64,000 nucleotides of DNA, taken from the IMG/VR virus record IMGVR_UViG_3300024348_000004. One strand, written 5' to 3'. The notes beneath the pieces were generated by a model. The model was given only the letters and a program-made list of their open reading frames with translations. It searched no databases and had not been told where the DNA came from. Source of the DNA: a virus. The first letter of the stretch is position 1, and the number at the start of each line of letters is the position of its first letter. Made by a program: the position numbers and the translations under genes. Shown here piece after piece: positions 8,862 to 18,902 of the stretch.

Positions 8862-9630
8862 TCTAAATCCAAAGGTTGTTCATATTGATAAACCTTTTAA
8901 AATTCAAGACCTACCTTTACAAGATATCTATGTATTGGATGATTGGCTCAGTGTTGATTTATTTCATCACTATGCAAATGTCCATCTAAGAACTTATAGT
9001 GAATGGTCTAAAACAAATGAAGTTCAGAGCGGTAGCGCTACTGGATTTCCCCATCATAGTTTTTGGGGTGCAACTTACTTTAGAGGAGCATTTCAAGAGG
9101 ATGGTTCACTAGGTAAAGGTGATTTGGTTCTTGAGAGGGGGTCAGACCCATTGAATGCCGTGTTTGCTAGATATATAGATAGCAGACTAAGAACTGAATT
9201 TGGATTTAAATGGGAGAAATTTCAATACATGGGATTGAACTCTCAAACACAGGGACTAGATGGGACAACACATTCTGATTGTGCTCAAGATGAAGATTGG
9301 AATATATCGTTTCTATATTATTGCAGTCCTGTATGGTATCCATCATGGGGTGGAGATTTAAGAATTTATGATACTATGCAATTTGGACTTGATGGGAGAG
9401 CAGACCACGTCAAGAATCACCAAGTTGCTTCTGTAGAATATAAACCAAACAGATTGCTGATGTTTGACGGAAGAATTCCACATGGTGCAGATGCACCTAC
9501 AACAAAAGCACGATACATGGACAGACGTTCTATAGTATTAAGAGGTGATGAAGTATCACTTACACATGAAGGAGAAGAATATCATGCCAATGATAGAATT
9601 TCACAGTTACAGCTCAGAGACCCTCGCTGA
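8851..9630 (+). CDS. 2OG-Fe(II) oxygenase (prolyl-hydroxylase-like)
   Basis: HSD...WGGDL...PNRLLMFDGRIPH...R; start uncertain (TTG 8851 or 8770). Confidence 0.75.
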   Translation: MAVNLNPKVVHIDKPFKIQDLPLQDIYVLDDWLSVDLFHHYANVHLRTYSEWSKTNEVQSGSATGFPHHSFWGATYFRGAFQEDGSLGKGDLVLERGSDPLNAVFARYIDSRLRTEFGFKWEKFQYMGLNSQTQGLDGTTHSDCAQDEDWNISFLYYCSPVWYPSWGGDLRIYDTMQFGLDGRADHVKNHQVASVEYKPNRLLMFDGRIPHGADAPTTKARYMDRRSIVLRGDEVSLTHEGEEYHANDRISQLQLRDPR

Positions 9631-10495
9631 TTTTAAACCAGTATTAGCAAAGAGTATTTTACCCGAGTGGTGGAAGAAAACTAAGGTAGCGGAGTTTACT
9701 CAAGGTAGACAACAACAAACTATTCGTGCTTGTCCAGCAATGGATGATTGGTTAAAGAGCGGATGGATTATTGTTGCTAATAGAGACATTCATGTTATAA
9801 ATGGTGAAGGAATCAATGATAGTGGCACCAATAAAGTATTTACTTGGGATGGTAAGGATGCTTCAACCCATTCACAGTCCCATCCTAAAGAACAAGTTAG
9901 AGAATCTTTTGAATACTATGGTAGTGGTGACGGTAAAGCTCCTATAAAAGATGCATTTAAATTCAGAAATCCGTGGAACATAAAAACCCCGCCTGGCTAT
10001 TCATGTTTCTACTTAGACCCATTCTTATTTCAGAATAAATACTTTGCATGTTGGCAGGGTATTATTGATACTGATACATTTAATGTTGGTCTAGACAATG
10101 CACAGATAATTTTTTATCCTAAAGTCGACCATTCATTTGTTATACCAAAAGGAACCCCTCTTTGTCAGATTATACCGTTTAAGAGAGAAGAGTGGCATGC
10201 TTCATTTGAAATAAAATCACATGAACACTGGCAAGAAACTAAAGGAAGAGGGTATAAAATAGACCCACATGACCCTTCTACTGAGAAGGTTTTATCAATG
10301 CAAGAATGGGGTCATAAAGCGCCATTTGAAGGGAAGGATGGTATTAGAGATTTGGGCCCGTATAGAAATAAGGGTTATTGGGTACCTAAAGCTAGACTAT
10401 TTAAAAATGATAATCCCCCACCCGAATGCCCTATGCACGTAAGTGAAGAACAAGAACCTACTGAGGTTCAACTGGAGTTAGACTTTAATGATTAG
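9584..10495 (+). CDS. Conserved phage hypothetical protein (CPA...GW / FxNPWxIKTPPGYS family, often next to 2OG oxygenases)
   Basis: IRACPAMDD, KFRNPWNIKTPPGYSC, IPKGTPLCQIIPFKRE; GGAG RBS before ATG 9584. Confidence 0.65.
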   Translation: MPMIEFHSYSSETLADFKPVLAKSILPEWWKKTKVAEFTQGRQQQTIRACPAMDDWLKSGWIIVANRDIHVINGEGINDSGTNKVFTWDGKDASTHSQSHPKEQVRESFEYYGSGDGKAPIKDAFKFRNPWNIKTPPGYSCFYLDPFLFQNKYFACWQGIIDTDTFNVGLDNAQIIFYPKVDHSFVIPKGTPLCQIIPFKREEWHASFEIKSHEHWQETKGRGYKIDPHDPSTEKVLSMQEWGHKAPFEGKDGIRDLGPYRNKGYWVPKARLFKNDNPPPECPMHVSEEQEPTEVQLELDFND

Positions 10496-11231
10496 ATATT
10501 TATTCCCAACCGTCATCTTTCAAAGAAACATGACATGCCCAACACAGATGGGAGATGAGCTCGTTCTAGATGATGAATACATGAAAATGTTGAAAGATGA
10601 GATGGATGCTATGCGTAGACGTGATGGTGTTGGTAGACAAGTTTCAAATGCTTATACTGGATGGCAGTCTAACGATGGTGTAGACAATAATCCAACGTTC
10701 CAAAAATTAATGAATCGAATTAGTACAGTATTCTACCAAGAGGTTTGGAATTACTTTGGGGTTGACCCAACAAAGACAGCATTTCAAATGGGTAACTGTT
10801 GGGCAAATATAAATGATAAAACTGCATGGAACAGACCACACTTACATAATGGTTGTTGGTATAGTGGCGTCTTCTATATCCATGCTGATGGTGATGAAGG
10901 AGATTTTGTTGCTATCAATACAGACCCTAAAGTTGTTTCTGATATGCCAAATTCCAATAGACACCAAGAGTCATGGGACTTCAAACCAAGAACAGGGGAA
11001 TTGATTTTATTCCCTAGTGGTATGATGCATATGGTAGCACCAAACTTGACAGACAAGGACAGATATTCAATATCATTCAATTCAGCATTTCAAATTAAAG
11101 ATTATGAAGCTTATAGAAACAATTTCGCTACAGGTTGGCATCCCGATGAGAATACATTTGGTTTAGATGAAAACGGTATGTTACAAAAGTACCAATATGA
11201 ACCTATTGACTGGGAAAATCAACAAGGATAA
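10488..11231 (+). CDS. Putative 2OG-Fe(II) oxygenase (TIGR02466-like)
   Basis: WANIN...HLH...SGVFY...LILFPS..HMV.PN...RYSISFN. Confidence 0.75.
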   Translation: MIRYLFPTVIFQRNMTCPTQMGDELVLDDEYMKMLKDEMDAMRRRDGVGRQVSNAYTGWQSNDGVDNNPTFQKLMNRISTVFYQEVWNYFGVDPTKTAFQMGNCWANINDKTAWNRPHLHNGCWYSGVFYIHADGDEGDFVAINTDPKVVSDMPNSNRHQESWDFKPRTGELILFPSGMMHMVAPNLTDKDRYSISFNSAFQIKDYEAYRNNFATGWHPDENTFGLDENGMLQKYQYEPIDWENQQG

Positions 11232-11256
11232 CAAACTTTCTTTCCTAAATAAATGT

Positions 11257-11517
11257 ATGGAAATTGCTATCTCACCAGGCGTACTTTGGAATATATTTCT
11301 AACACTTGTTGTCCTACCTATGGGATTCCTTGTTAGAACAATCTTATCTGAACAAAAACGTATAGACATTTTGGTTAATAAAACTAGGGAAGAAATAGCC
11401 CGTGAATATGTCACAAGAGACCAAATAGAAATAGAGTTTCAGAGAATTATCGACAAGATGGATAAACTAGATTCTAAACTAGATAGAGTAGTTTCTAAAA
11501 CTTACTTCCAAGAATAG
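11257..11517 (+). CDS. Small membrane-anchored coiled-coil protein
   Basis: N-terminal TM segment then heptad-like region; CTAAATA late-type motif just upstream. Confidence 0.6.
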   Translation: MEIAISPGVLWNIFLTLVVLPMGFLVRTILSEQKRIDILVNKTREEIAREYVTRDQIEIEFQRIIDKMDKLDSKLDRVVSKTYFQE

Positions 11518-11529
11518 GTTCTCAACTGT

Positions 11530-11537
11530 TATAAATA
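11530..11537 (+). promoter_or_regulatory. T4-type late promoter TATAAATA
   Basis: Exact consensus upstream of gp13. Confidence 0.8.
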
Positions 11538-11568
11538 GTAGTAGACACAAATACTACGGATTTAAAAC

Positions 11569-12384
11569 ATGGCAGAACCAAATTCAAAAGCATCTTTAAA
11601 AGAGTATATAAAAAGAAAACTCGGAGCTCCTGTACTAGAGGTTAACGTTGATGATGACCAATTCGATGATAGAATCGATGAGGGTCTTCAGTATTTCAGA
11701 GAGTACCATTACGATGGTGCAATTAAAACATATCTAAAACACCAACTAACCCAAAACGATATCGACTCATTTAAAACGAATGCAACACATAACGCAGCTA
11801 CAACTGGTACACAAGCTGTAGCAAATCAGACGTACTTAGAGAGTAATAGTTACATAACACTACCCGAACATGTGTTAAGTGTAATACAAGTATTCCCATT
11901 CAGTTCAGGCACGTCATCGAGTATGTTTGATATCCAGTATCAGTTAAGACTCAATGATTTATGGGATTTAACATCAACTAGTGTTTTATACTATGCTCAA
12001 GTACAGTCGCATCTATCTATGATGAATGATATTCTAGTTGGACAAGTTCCAATCAGATACAAGTCACACTCAAATAGATTGTATCTAGACTATAGTGTTG
12101 AAAAATTTAACGTAGGTGAGTACATTATCATCGAGTGTTATAGAAAGTTAGACCCAACAGACATGACTGATATCTATAACGATATGTGGTTGAAGAAGTA
12201 TTGTACCGCTTTAGTTAAGTATCAGTGGGGTGAAAACTTATCTAAGTTCTCGGGTATTCAACTGCCAGGCGGAGTCACACTAGACGCTACTCAGATGAAG
12301 ACTGAAGCGCAAGAAGAAATTAGAAGATTAGAAGAAGAATCGAGACTGAATTTTGAAATGCCAGTTCTCGATATGATGGGATAA
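11569..12384 (+). CDS. gp13: Neck protein gp13
   Basis: LGAPVLEVNV...QWGENLSKFSGIQLPGGVTLD; synteny. Confidence 0.92.
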   Translation: MAEPNSKASLKEYIKRKLGAPVLEVNVDDDQFDDRIDEGLQYFREYHYDGAIKTYLKHQLTQNDIDSFKTNATHNAATTGTQAVANQTYLESNSYITLPEHVLSVIQVFPFSSGTSSSMFDIQYQLRLNDLWDLTSTSVLYYAQVQSHLSMMNDILVGQVPIRYKSHSNRLYLDYSVEKFNVGEYIIIECYRKLDPTDMTDIYNDMWLKKYCTALVKYQWGENLSKFSGIQLPGGVTLDATQMKTEAQEEIRRLEEESRLNFEMPVLDMMG

Positions 12385-12387
12385 TAT

Positions 12388-13242
12388 ATGCCAACAAACG
12401 TATTTTTTAACCATGCAGTACAAACTGAACAACATCTATACGAAGATTTGGTTGTTGAGTCATTGCGTATGTATGGTAATGAGACGTACTATCTACCAAG
12501 AGAAATTGTAGAGGAAGACTCTATACTTGGTGAAGATGTACAGTCTAAATTTGGAGATGCATATTCTGTAGAAATGTATGTAGAAAATACAGAAGGATAT
12601 GAGGGGGACGGAGACCTTATGTCTAAGTTTGGTATACAAGTAAGAGACCAAGCAACCTTCGTTCTTTCTTTAAGAACGTGGGAAAGATTTATATCACTAG
12701 ACTCTAACCTTGCAACATCATTAAGACCAAACGAAGGAGACTTAATTTACTTCCCACTTAGTGGTTCTGTGTTTGAAATCAAATTTGTAGAACACGAAAA
12801 TCCTTTCTATCAAGTTGGAAAACTATTTGTATTTAAATTACAATGTGAACTCTTTGAATACAGTGGAGAAGATTTCGATGTTGGTGGTGCTGTCGACTTA
12901 ATTGAAACTGAAAACGCCTACACAATAGATATGATTCTACAAGCAGATGGTAGTGGAAACTACACACGTGGTGAGAATGTTACCCTTGGTGGTGCAGTTG
13001 TGGGTGAAGTTGTTGGTTGGGTTCCTACCACTAGAGAACTGAATATCAAAGATAACACTACAGCGATTTCTGTTGGTGATACACTCATAGGTGTAGACTC
13101 AAAAGCAGAATATATTGTTTATAGTATTGAAGATGTTTTAAACTTCTCTTATGATAAATCTGCACAAAACAAAGACTTTGAAACAAAAGCAGATGGATAC
13201 TTAGACTTCTCAGAGACAAACCCATTCGGTGAGGTTACATAA
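12388..13242 (+). CDS. gp14: Neck protein gp14
   Basis: EQHLYEDLVVES, MSKFG, RPNEGDLIYFP, FSETNPFG. Confidence 0.92.
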   Translation: MPTNVFFNHAVQTEQHLYEDLVVESLRMYGNETYYLPREIVEEDSILGEDVQSKFGDAYSVEMYVENTEGYEGDGDLMSKFGIQVRDQATFVLSLRTWERFISLDSNLATSLRPNEGDLIYFPLSGSVFEIKFVEHENPFYQVGKLFVFKLQCELFEYSGEDFDVGGAVDLIETENAYTIDMILQADGSGNYTRGENVTLGGAVVGEVVGWVPTTRELNIKDNTTAISVGDTLIGVDSKAEYIVYSIEDVLNFSYDKSAQNKDFETKADGYLDFSETNPFGEVT

Positions 13243-14300
13243 TGTTTGGAACATTTTTTTATAATGAGACAATGAAGCGAGCGGTGTCAATCTTTGGTAC
13301 CGTATTTAATAATATTACAGTCAAGAAAATAAAAGAAAACGGAACTGTATTACATGAACAGAAGGTTCCAATTTCATATGGGCCAAAACAAAAATTCCTC
13401 GCCAGACTACAACAAGAAGCAGACTTAAGTGATAACAATAGAAGTGCAATATCTTTACCAAGACTTGCATTCGAACTTACAGGGTTTGAGTATGATGCTA
13501 GTAGACAACAAAATAAACTATTACGTCACAGTAAATCACAACTAGAAACTAGTGATGGTAATAAGAGAGGATATCAATACCAACCAGCTCCGTACAACTT
13601 GAACTTTACTTTGAATGTTCTTGCAAAAAATATGAATGATGCTCTACAGATTGTAGAACAAATCTTACCATACTTTCAACCCGAGTATACAGTTACAATG
13701 AAGATGGTAGATTCTATGTCAGACATTAGAGACGTGCCAATTCAATTAACTAGTGTTAATATGGAAGACACATACGAAGGTGACTTCACTGAAAGACGTG
13801 TCATATCTTATGCACTAGAATTCACTATGAAGTTATACTTCTTTGGGCCTGTGTATACTGGAGATGTTATTAAGAGTGTTGTCGAAAGAGATTATATAAA
13901 TCAAACAAGTGGTACATTTACTACAACACAAATTGATGGTGCTGGTCTTGTTAAAGAGGTCAAGCACTATGAACCAGCATTCGCTGAGATTGTTAGTGCT
14001 GACACCCTTGGTACTTCAAATACATATACCTTTGCGAGTGCAATAAATAGTAAGATAAGTGTTGGGGATGAAATATTTGGTTTCAGAACCGCAGTTGGAA
14101 ATGTGGTTGTTGCCACAATTTCTGAAGACAGACGTACAATAACTGCTAACGAACCAAATGCTATTTCGAAAGGAGACACACTAAAGTTTGTTGGGTCGGT
14201 ACAACCAAATGACACATTTGTTGTTGCTGAAAATGTTACATTTTATGATGACGGAACAATCAGTACATTTGCTGATGATAAGGTTACCGATGCGAGTTAA
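13242..14300 (+). CDS. gp15: Tail sheath stabiliser/terminator gp15
   Basis: VPISYGPKQKF, LPRLAFE, QIVEQILPYFQP; C-terminal extension. Confidence 0.9.
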   Translation: MFGTFFYNETMKRAVSIFGTVFNNITVKKIKENGTVLHEQKVPISYGPKQKFLARLQQEADLSDNNRSAISLPRLAFELTGFEYDASRQQNKLLRHSKSQLETSDGNKRGYQYQPAPYNLNFTLNVLAKNMNDALQIVEQILPYFQPEYTVTMKMVDSMSDIRDVPIQLTSVNMEDTYEGDFTERRVISYALEFTMKLYFFGPVYTGDVIKSVVERDYINQTSGTFTTTQIDGAGLVKEVKHYEPAFAEIVSADTLGTSNTYTFASAINSKISVGDEIFGFRTAVGNVVVATISEDRRTITANEPNAISKGDTLKFVGSVQPNDTFVVAENVTFYDDGTISTFADDKVTDAS

Positions 14301-14302
14301 TT

Positions 14303-14722
14303 ATGGCAAAAGATATAGATTCTAAATTAGACGAAGTTCTAGATATAACTTCGGATATTCAAATACAGACTGGGGAGATTGTCAAGTCTGTTCCAACGGA
14401 TGTCAAACGTTCTAAAAATATAGAAACAGATTACAAATACACTAGAGAAAATCTCTATGGTCTCGTTGAGCGAGGACAAGATGCAATTGACGGCATCTTA
14501 GATGTATGTAAGGAGACAGAAAACCCACGTGCATATGAAGTTGCTGGTCAGTTAATTAAAACTGTAGGAGAAACCGCTGAGAAACTACTAGACATTCAAA
14601 CCAAATTAAAGAAGTTAGAGGGTGAAGACCAACAGAGAATAGGGAAACAAGAGAACCATTTATATGTTGGTTCCACTTCCGAACTACAGAAGTTTCTGAA
14701 GAAAAATAAGAATGACAGTTAA
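14303..14722 (+). CDS. gp16: Terminase small subunit gp16
   Basis: DYKYTRENLY, PRAYEVAGQLIK, VGSTSELQK. Confidence 0.92.
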   Translation: MAKDIDSKLDEVLDITSDIQIQTGEIVKSVPTDVKRSKNIETDYKYTRENLYGLVERGQDAIDGILDVCKETENPRAYEVAGQLIKTVGETAEKLLDIQTKLKKLEGEDQQRIGKQENHLYVGSTSELQKFLKKNKNDS

Positions 14723-16310
14723 TAAGAATGAAGGTTACTTAGGTAACAGCATGATTAAGCGTGCTGGTATCGAACACCAGTACACTAAAGATGAAATGGC
14801 TGAATATTTGAAGTGTTCTGAAAACCCATGTCATTTCATTGAAAACTACACACAGATTATCTCACTAGATGAAGGTATGGTACCCTTTAAACTTCGTGGT
14901 TATCAAGATAAACTTATTGAACACTATGATGCAAATCGTTTCAATGTAGTCCTTGCATCACGTCAGAGTGGTAAGTCAATCACATCATGTGCCTATCTTT
15001 TGTGGTTTTTATTATTTAAACCCGAAGTAACAGTAGCGGTTCTTGCTAACAAAGGTGCAATTTCTAGAGAGATGATTGCACGTATTGTAACCATGTTAGA
15101 GTCTGTTCCGTTCTTCTTGCAGCCTGGTGTAAAGATTCTCAACAAAGGTTCGATAGAGTTTGCGAATGATAGTAAAGTGGTTGCAGCTGCAACTTCTTCA
15201 AGTTCTATTCGTGGATTGTCAATCAACCTACTTTATCTTGATGAGTTTGCATTCGTTGACGATGCAGAGACATTCTATACTGCAACATATCCAGTTGTAA
15301 CCTCGGGTAAAGACTCTAAGGTTATTATTACCTCTACTGCAAATGGTGTTGGTAACATGTTCCATAAGATATATGAGAGTGCGATACATGACCAATCAGA
15401 ATATAAATCATTCACCATCAACTGGTATGACGTGCCAGGCAGAGACGAAGCATGGAAGAAAGAGACCATTGCAAACACTTCTGAAGCACAGTTTGAACAG
15501 GAGTATGGTAACAGTTTCTTAGGAACAGGTAATACACTTATCAATTCTAATACACTACTAGGTCTGAAAGCATGGGATGCTGAGTGGTATAAGGATGGTT
15601 TTAGTGTGTATCAGAAACCTGTTGAAGACCACACCTATATATGTACAGTAGATGTTGCAAAAGGTAGAGGAATGGATTTCTCTACCATGACTATATTTGA
15701 TGTGAGTGTAGACCCATTCACACAAGTTGCAACGTATCGGGATAGCATGATATCACCTATGCTATTCCCCGATATTATAAATAAGTATGCAAAAGCATAC
15801 AACACCGCATTAGTTATAATAGAAAACAATGCAGAAGGGTCTATGGTAGCAAGTCAGTTACACTATGATATAGAATACGACAATGTATTCACACAGGGGA
15901 TGACTAAAGCTGAAGATATTGGTGTTACCATGACCAAAAAAATTAAAAGAATCGGATGTTCTACACTAAAAGAGATATTGGAGGAGAACCGATTAAATTT
16001 GATTGACAGAAGCACGATTACCGAGCTTATGACTTTCATAAATAAAGGGATGTCTTTTGAAGCAGATAGAGGATATCACGATGATATGGTTATGAATTGC
16101 GTATTATTTTCTTGGTTTATTACAACTGATTATTTTACTCACCTCACAAACCATCAAGTTAAGAATCTCTTATACTCAGAACAACAAAGAGTCATTGAAG
16201 ATGATATGTTGCCAGCTGGAATATTTGGGGGTGACCCATATATAGAGGAAAGCTTTGTAGATGAGGGTGGGGATAGATGGTTCTTCGAAGAAGTCCTTAA
16301 GAATTCTTAG
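14712..16310 (+). CDS. gp17: Terminase large subunit gp17
   Basis: SRQSGKS Walker A, YLDEFAFV, nuclease-domain HDDMVM. Confidence 0.95.
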   Translation: MTVNKNEGYLGNSMIKRAGIEHQYTKDEMAEYLKCSENPCHFIENYTQIISLDEGMVPFKLRGYQDKLIEHYDANRFNVVLASRQSGKSITSCAYLLWFLLFKPEVTVAVLANKGAISREMIARIVTMLESVPFFLQPGVKILNKGSIEFANDSKVVAAATSSSSIRGLSINLLYLDEFAFVDDAETFYTATYPVVTSGKDSKVIITSTANGVGNMFHKIYESAIHDQSEYKSFTINWYDVPGRDEAWKKETIANTSEAQFEQEYGNSFLGTGNTLINSNTLLGLKAWDAEWYKDGFSVYQKPVEDHTYICTVDVAKGRGMDFSTMTIFDVSVDPFTQVATYRDSMISPMLFPDIINKYAKAYNTALVIIENNAEGSMVASQLHYDIEYDNVFTQGMTKAEDIGVTMTKKIKRIGCSTLKEILEENRLNLIDRSTITELMTFINKGMSFEADRGYHDDMVMNCVLFSWFITTDYFTHLTNHQVKNLLYSEQQRVIEDDMLPAGIFGGDPYIEESFVDEGGDRWFFEEVLKNS

Positions 16311-16322
16311 AATCTTTAAAGT

Positions 16323-16330
16323 TATAAATA
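16323..16330 (+). promoter_or_regulatory. Late promoter TATAAATA
   Basis: Exact consensus upstream of gp18. Confidence 0.8.
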
Positions 16331-16372
16331 TATCAAGTAAAACAAAACTTTTTACATTAACAGGAGAAAAGT

Positions 16373-18346
16373 ATGGCATTTCAAGTATCACCAGGCGTAC
16401 AGGTCAAGGAAGTTGACCTTACAAATGTTGTGCCCGCAGTATCATCTACAGTAGGTGCGTACGCTGGTTCATTTCAATGGGGCCCTGTTGATGAAGTAGT
16501 AACAGTTTCAGACTCAAACGGTTTAATAGAATCTTTCTTCACACCTGCTAACACAGATGCTGGTGCAGAAGATTTCTATACTGCTGAGTCATTTCTGAAA
16601 TATGGTTCATCACTAAGAGTAGTTAGGATTAATACCACAGGTATGTCTAACGCAAACGCTGCCAATGCGGCAAGTAAACTTCTGAAAGGTTCAGAAGACT
16701 ATGCATCAACATATGAAGGTGGTGCAGGCGGTGTTGGTTCATTTATTGCTAGGTGCCCAGGCGCTTTAGGTAATAATATAGACGTACACGTATGTGCAAC
16801 AAGTGACGCATATTTCAAAGGTTCTGCATCATTAGTCAATGACACTGATGGCGCTGACGTAGGTGACACTACAGTAACCGTAGATACTGGGACTAATTTC
16901 CTAGTAAGAGACATTATTACTTTCTCAGGTCACGCAACACAATACCGAGTTACTGCAATCAACGGAGCAGTTCTAACTATCGAATCAATCGGACAACCAG
17001 TTAAAGGTGGTCTAACAGTTGCAGTCGCAGACGATGTTGCAATCGATAGATATTGGGAACACTACGCTTTATTTGATAAAGCACCAGGCTCATCAAGTGC
17101 TGCCGTTAACGGTGGTATTGCAAATGATGAGATGCACGTAGTTGTTGTCGACAGAACAGGCGTAATCACAGGAACACCACAGACAGTATTAGAAACATAC
17201 GGTTTCGTGTCTAAGTGTTCAGATGCTAAAGATTCAGGCGGTCAATTAAACTACTACAGAAACGTAATCTCACAAAAATCAGATTGGATTTGGTGGTCAG
17301 GTCACGGAACTTCACACGCAGCTGCAAGTACACACTACACTATTGCAGATATTGCTGGTGGTTCTGCTTTCCCAACACCTGCTTTACCAGTAAAATCAGT
17401 TCTTTCAAACGGAAGTGATGGTAATTTACCTACTGCAGGACAGAAGAGTGCTGCTTACACTGATAACTTCAGTGATGCAGATTCAGTAGACGTTTCATTC
17501 ATGATAGTGGGTTCAACAAGAACACAAGGTGCAGATTCAGTTGCAGACCATAACACAATCGTCAATCAGTTAATTCTTGATTGTGAATTAAGAAAAGATT
17601 GTATGGTTATTGCATCACCTAGAAGAACTTCAGTAGTTAACGTTTCTTCAGAATCATTACAAACAACTAACGTTCTTGCTGATTTCGCTTCAGTAACATC
17701 TTCATCATATGCTTCATTCGACAGTGGATGGGTATACCAGTATGATAGATTCAACGACAGATATGTATGGGTGCCAGGCAACGGACATACAACAGGTATT
17801 ATGGTAAGGTCAGACTTACTAAGAGACCCATGGTTCTCACCTGCTGGATTCTCAAGAGGTCAATACTTAGGTATTACTAAACTTGCTTACAACCCTAAAA
17901 AGGCATCTAGAGATGACCTTTATAGACAAAGAGTTAACCCGATTGTAACTTTTGCTGGTCAAGGAACCGTATTATTCGGTGACAAAACTGCTTTAAGTTC
18001 ACCTTCCGCATTCGATAGAATCAACGTAAGAAGATTGTTTATCGTATTGGAAAAGGCAATCGCAATTGCTGCTAAGTCTCAGTTGTTCGAATTCAACGAT
18101 GCATTTACACGTGCTCAGTTTAGGGCTGCGGTAGAACCATTCTTAAGAGACGTTAAAAATAGACGTGGTCTAACAGACTTCTCAGTAGTTTGTGACGAAT
18201 CAAATAACACAGACACAGTAATTGACAGAAATGAATTTGTATGTTCTATATTTGTCAAACCTGCTAGGTCGATTAACTTTATTACTCTCAACTTTGTTGC
18301 TGCCAGAAGTGGTGTCGACTTTGAAGAGATTTACAGTGCAGTTTAA
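16373..18346 (+). CDS. gp18: Tail sheath protein gp18
   Basis: SPGVQVKEVDLT, PWFSPAG, FDRINVRRLF. Confidence 0.95.
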   Translation: MAFQVSPGVQVKEVDLTNVVPAVSSTVGAYAGSFQWGPVDEVVTVSDSNGLIESFFTPANTDAGAEDFYTAESFLKYGSSLRVVRINTTGMSNANAANAASKLLKGSEDYASTYEGGAGGVGSFIARCPGALGNNIDVHVCATSDAYFKGSASLVNDTDGADVGDTTVTVDTGTNFLVRDIITFSGHATQYRVTAINGAVLTIESIGQPVKGGLTVAVADDVAIDRYWEHYALFDKAPGSSSAAVNGGIANDEMHVVVVDRTGVITGTPQTVLETYGFVSKCSDAKDSGGQLNYYRNVISQKSDWIWWSGHGTSHAAASTHYTIADIAGGSAFPTPALPVKSVLSNGSDGNLPTAGQKSAAYTDNFSDADSVDVSFMIVGSTRTQGADSVADHNTIVNQLILDCELRKDCMVIASPRRTSVVNVSSESLQTTNVLADFASVTSSSYASFDSGWVYQYDRFNDRYVWVPGNGHTTGIMVRSDLLRDPWFSPAGFSRGQYLGITKLAYNPKKASRDDLYRQRVNPIVTFAGQGTVLFGDKTALSSPSAFDRINVRRLFIVLEKAIAIAAKSQLFEFNDAFTRAQFRAAVEPFLRDVKNRRGLTDFSVVCDESNNTDTVIDRNEFVCSIFVKPARSINFITLNFVAARSGVDFEEIYSAV

Positions 18347-18359
18347 TAGGAGTATATAA

Positions 18360-18857
18360 ATGGCAACAATAGACCAATTTAAAGCAAACCTAATCGGCGG
18401 TGGCCCAAGAGCTAACCGATTTAGAGTGTTTGTACCTCGTGCTGGTCAGAGATTAGAATTCTTATGTACCGCAACTAAGATACCTGAGAGTACAATTAAT
18501 ACTATTAGTGTACCTTTCAGAGGTCAACAACTGAAACTTGCTGGTGATAGAACATTCGCTGACTGGTCAATTACGGTTATCAATGACCTAGACTTTTCAA
18601 CAAGAACTGCTCTCGAAGCATGGTCAAATGACATTGCATCTTTATCAACAACAGAAGCTGCAACTGATACAGACTACTTGCTATCACGTGCATTTGTAGA
18701 ACAATTACACAAAGATGACTCCGTCCTTGCGAGATATGAATTCTTCAACATGTTCCCAACATCAATCGGTGAGATTGCGCTATCAAGTGCAGAAGCATCT
18801 GAAGTTGAGACATTTGAGGTAGGATTCACTTATTCTCACTGGGAAAGAGTTCTTTAA
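18360..18857 (+). CDS. gp19: Tail tube protein gp19
   Basis: GGPRANRF, LAGDRTFADWSITVIND. Confidence 0.93.
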   Translation: MATIDQFKANLIGGGPRANRFRVFVPRAGQRLEFLCTATKIPESTINTISVPFRGQQLKLAGDRTFADWSITVINDLDFSTRTALEAWSNDIASLSTTEAATDTDYLLSRAFVEQLHKDDSVLARYEFFNMFPTSIGEIALSSAEASEVETFEVGFTYSHWERVL

Positions 18858-18889
18858 TAGAACAGTGAAAAACTACCACATATTGGTGG

Positions 18890-18897
18890 TATAAATA
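18890..18897 (+). promoter_or_regulatory. Late promoter TATAAATA
   Basis: Exact consensus upstream of gp20. Confidence 0.75.
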
Positions 18898-18902
18898 TTA
18901 GT

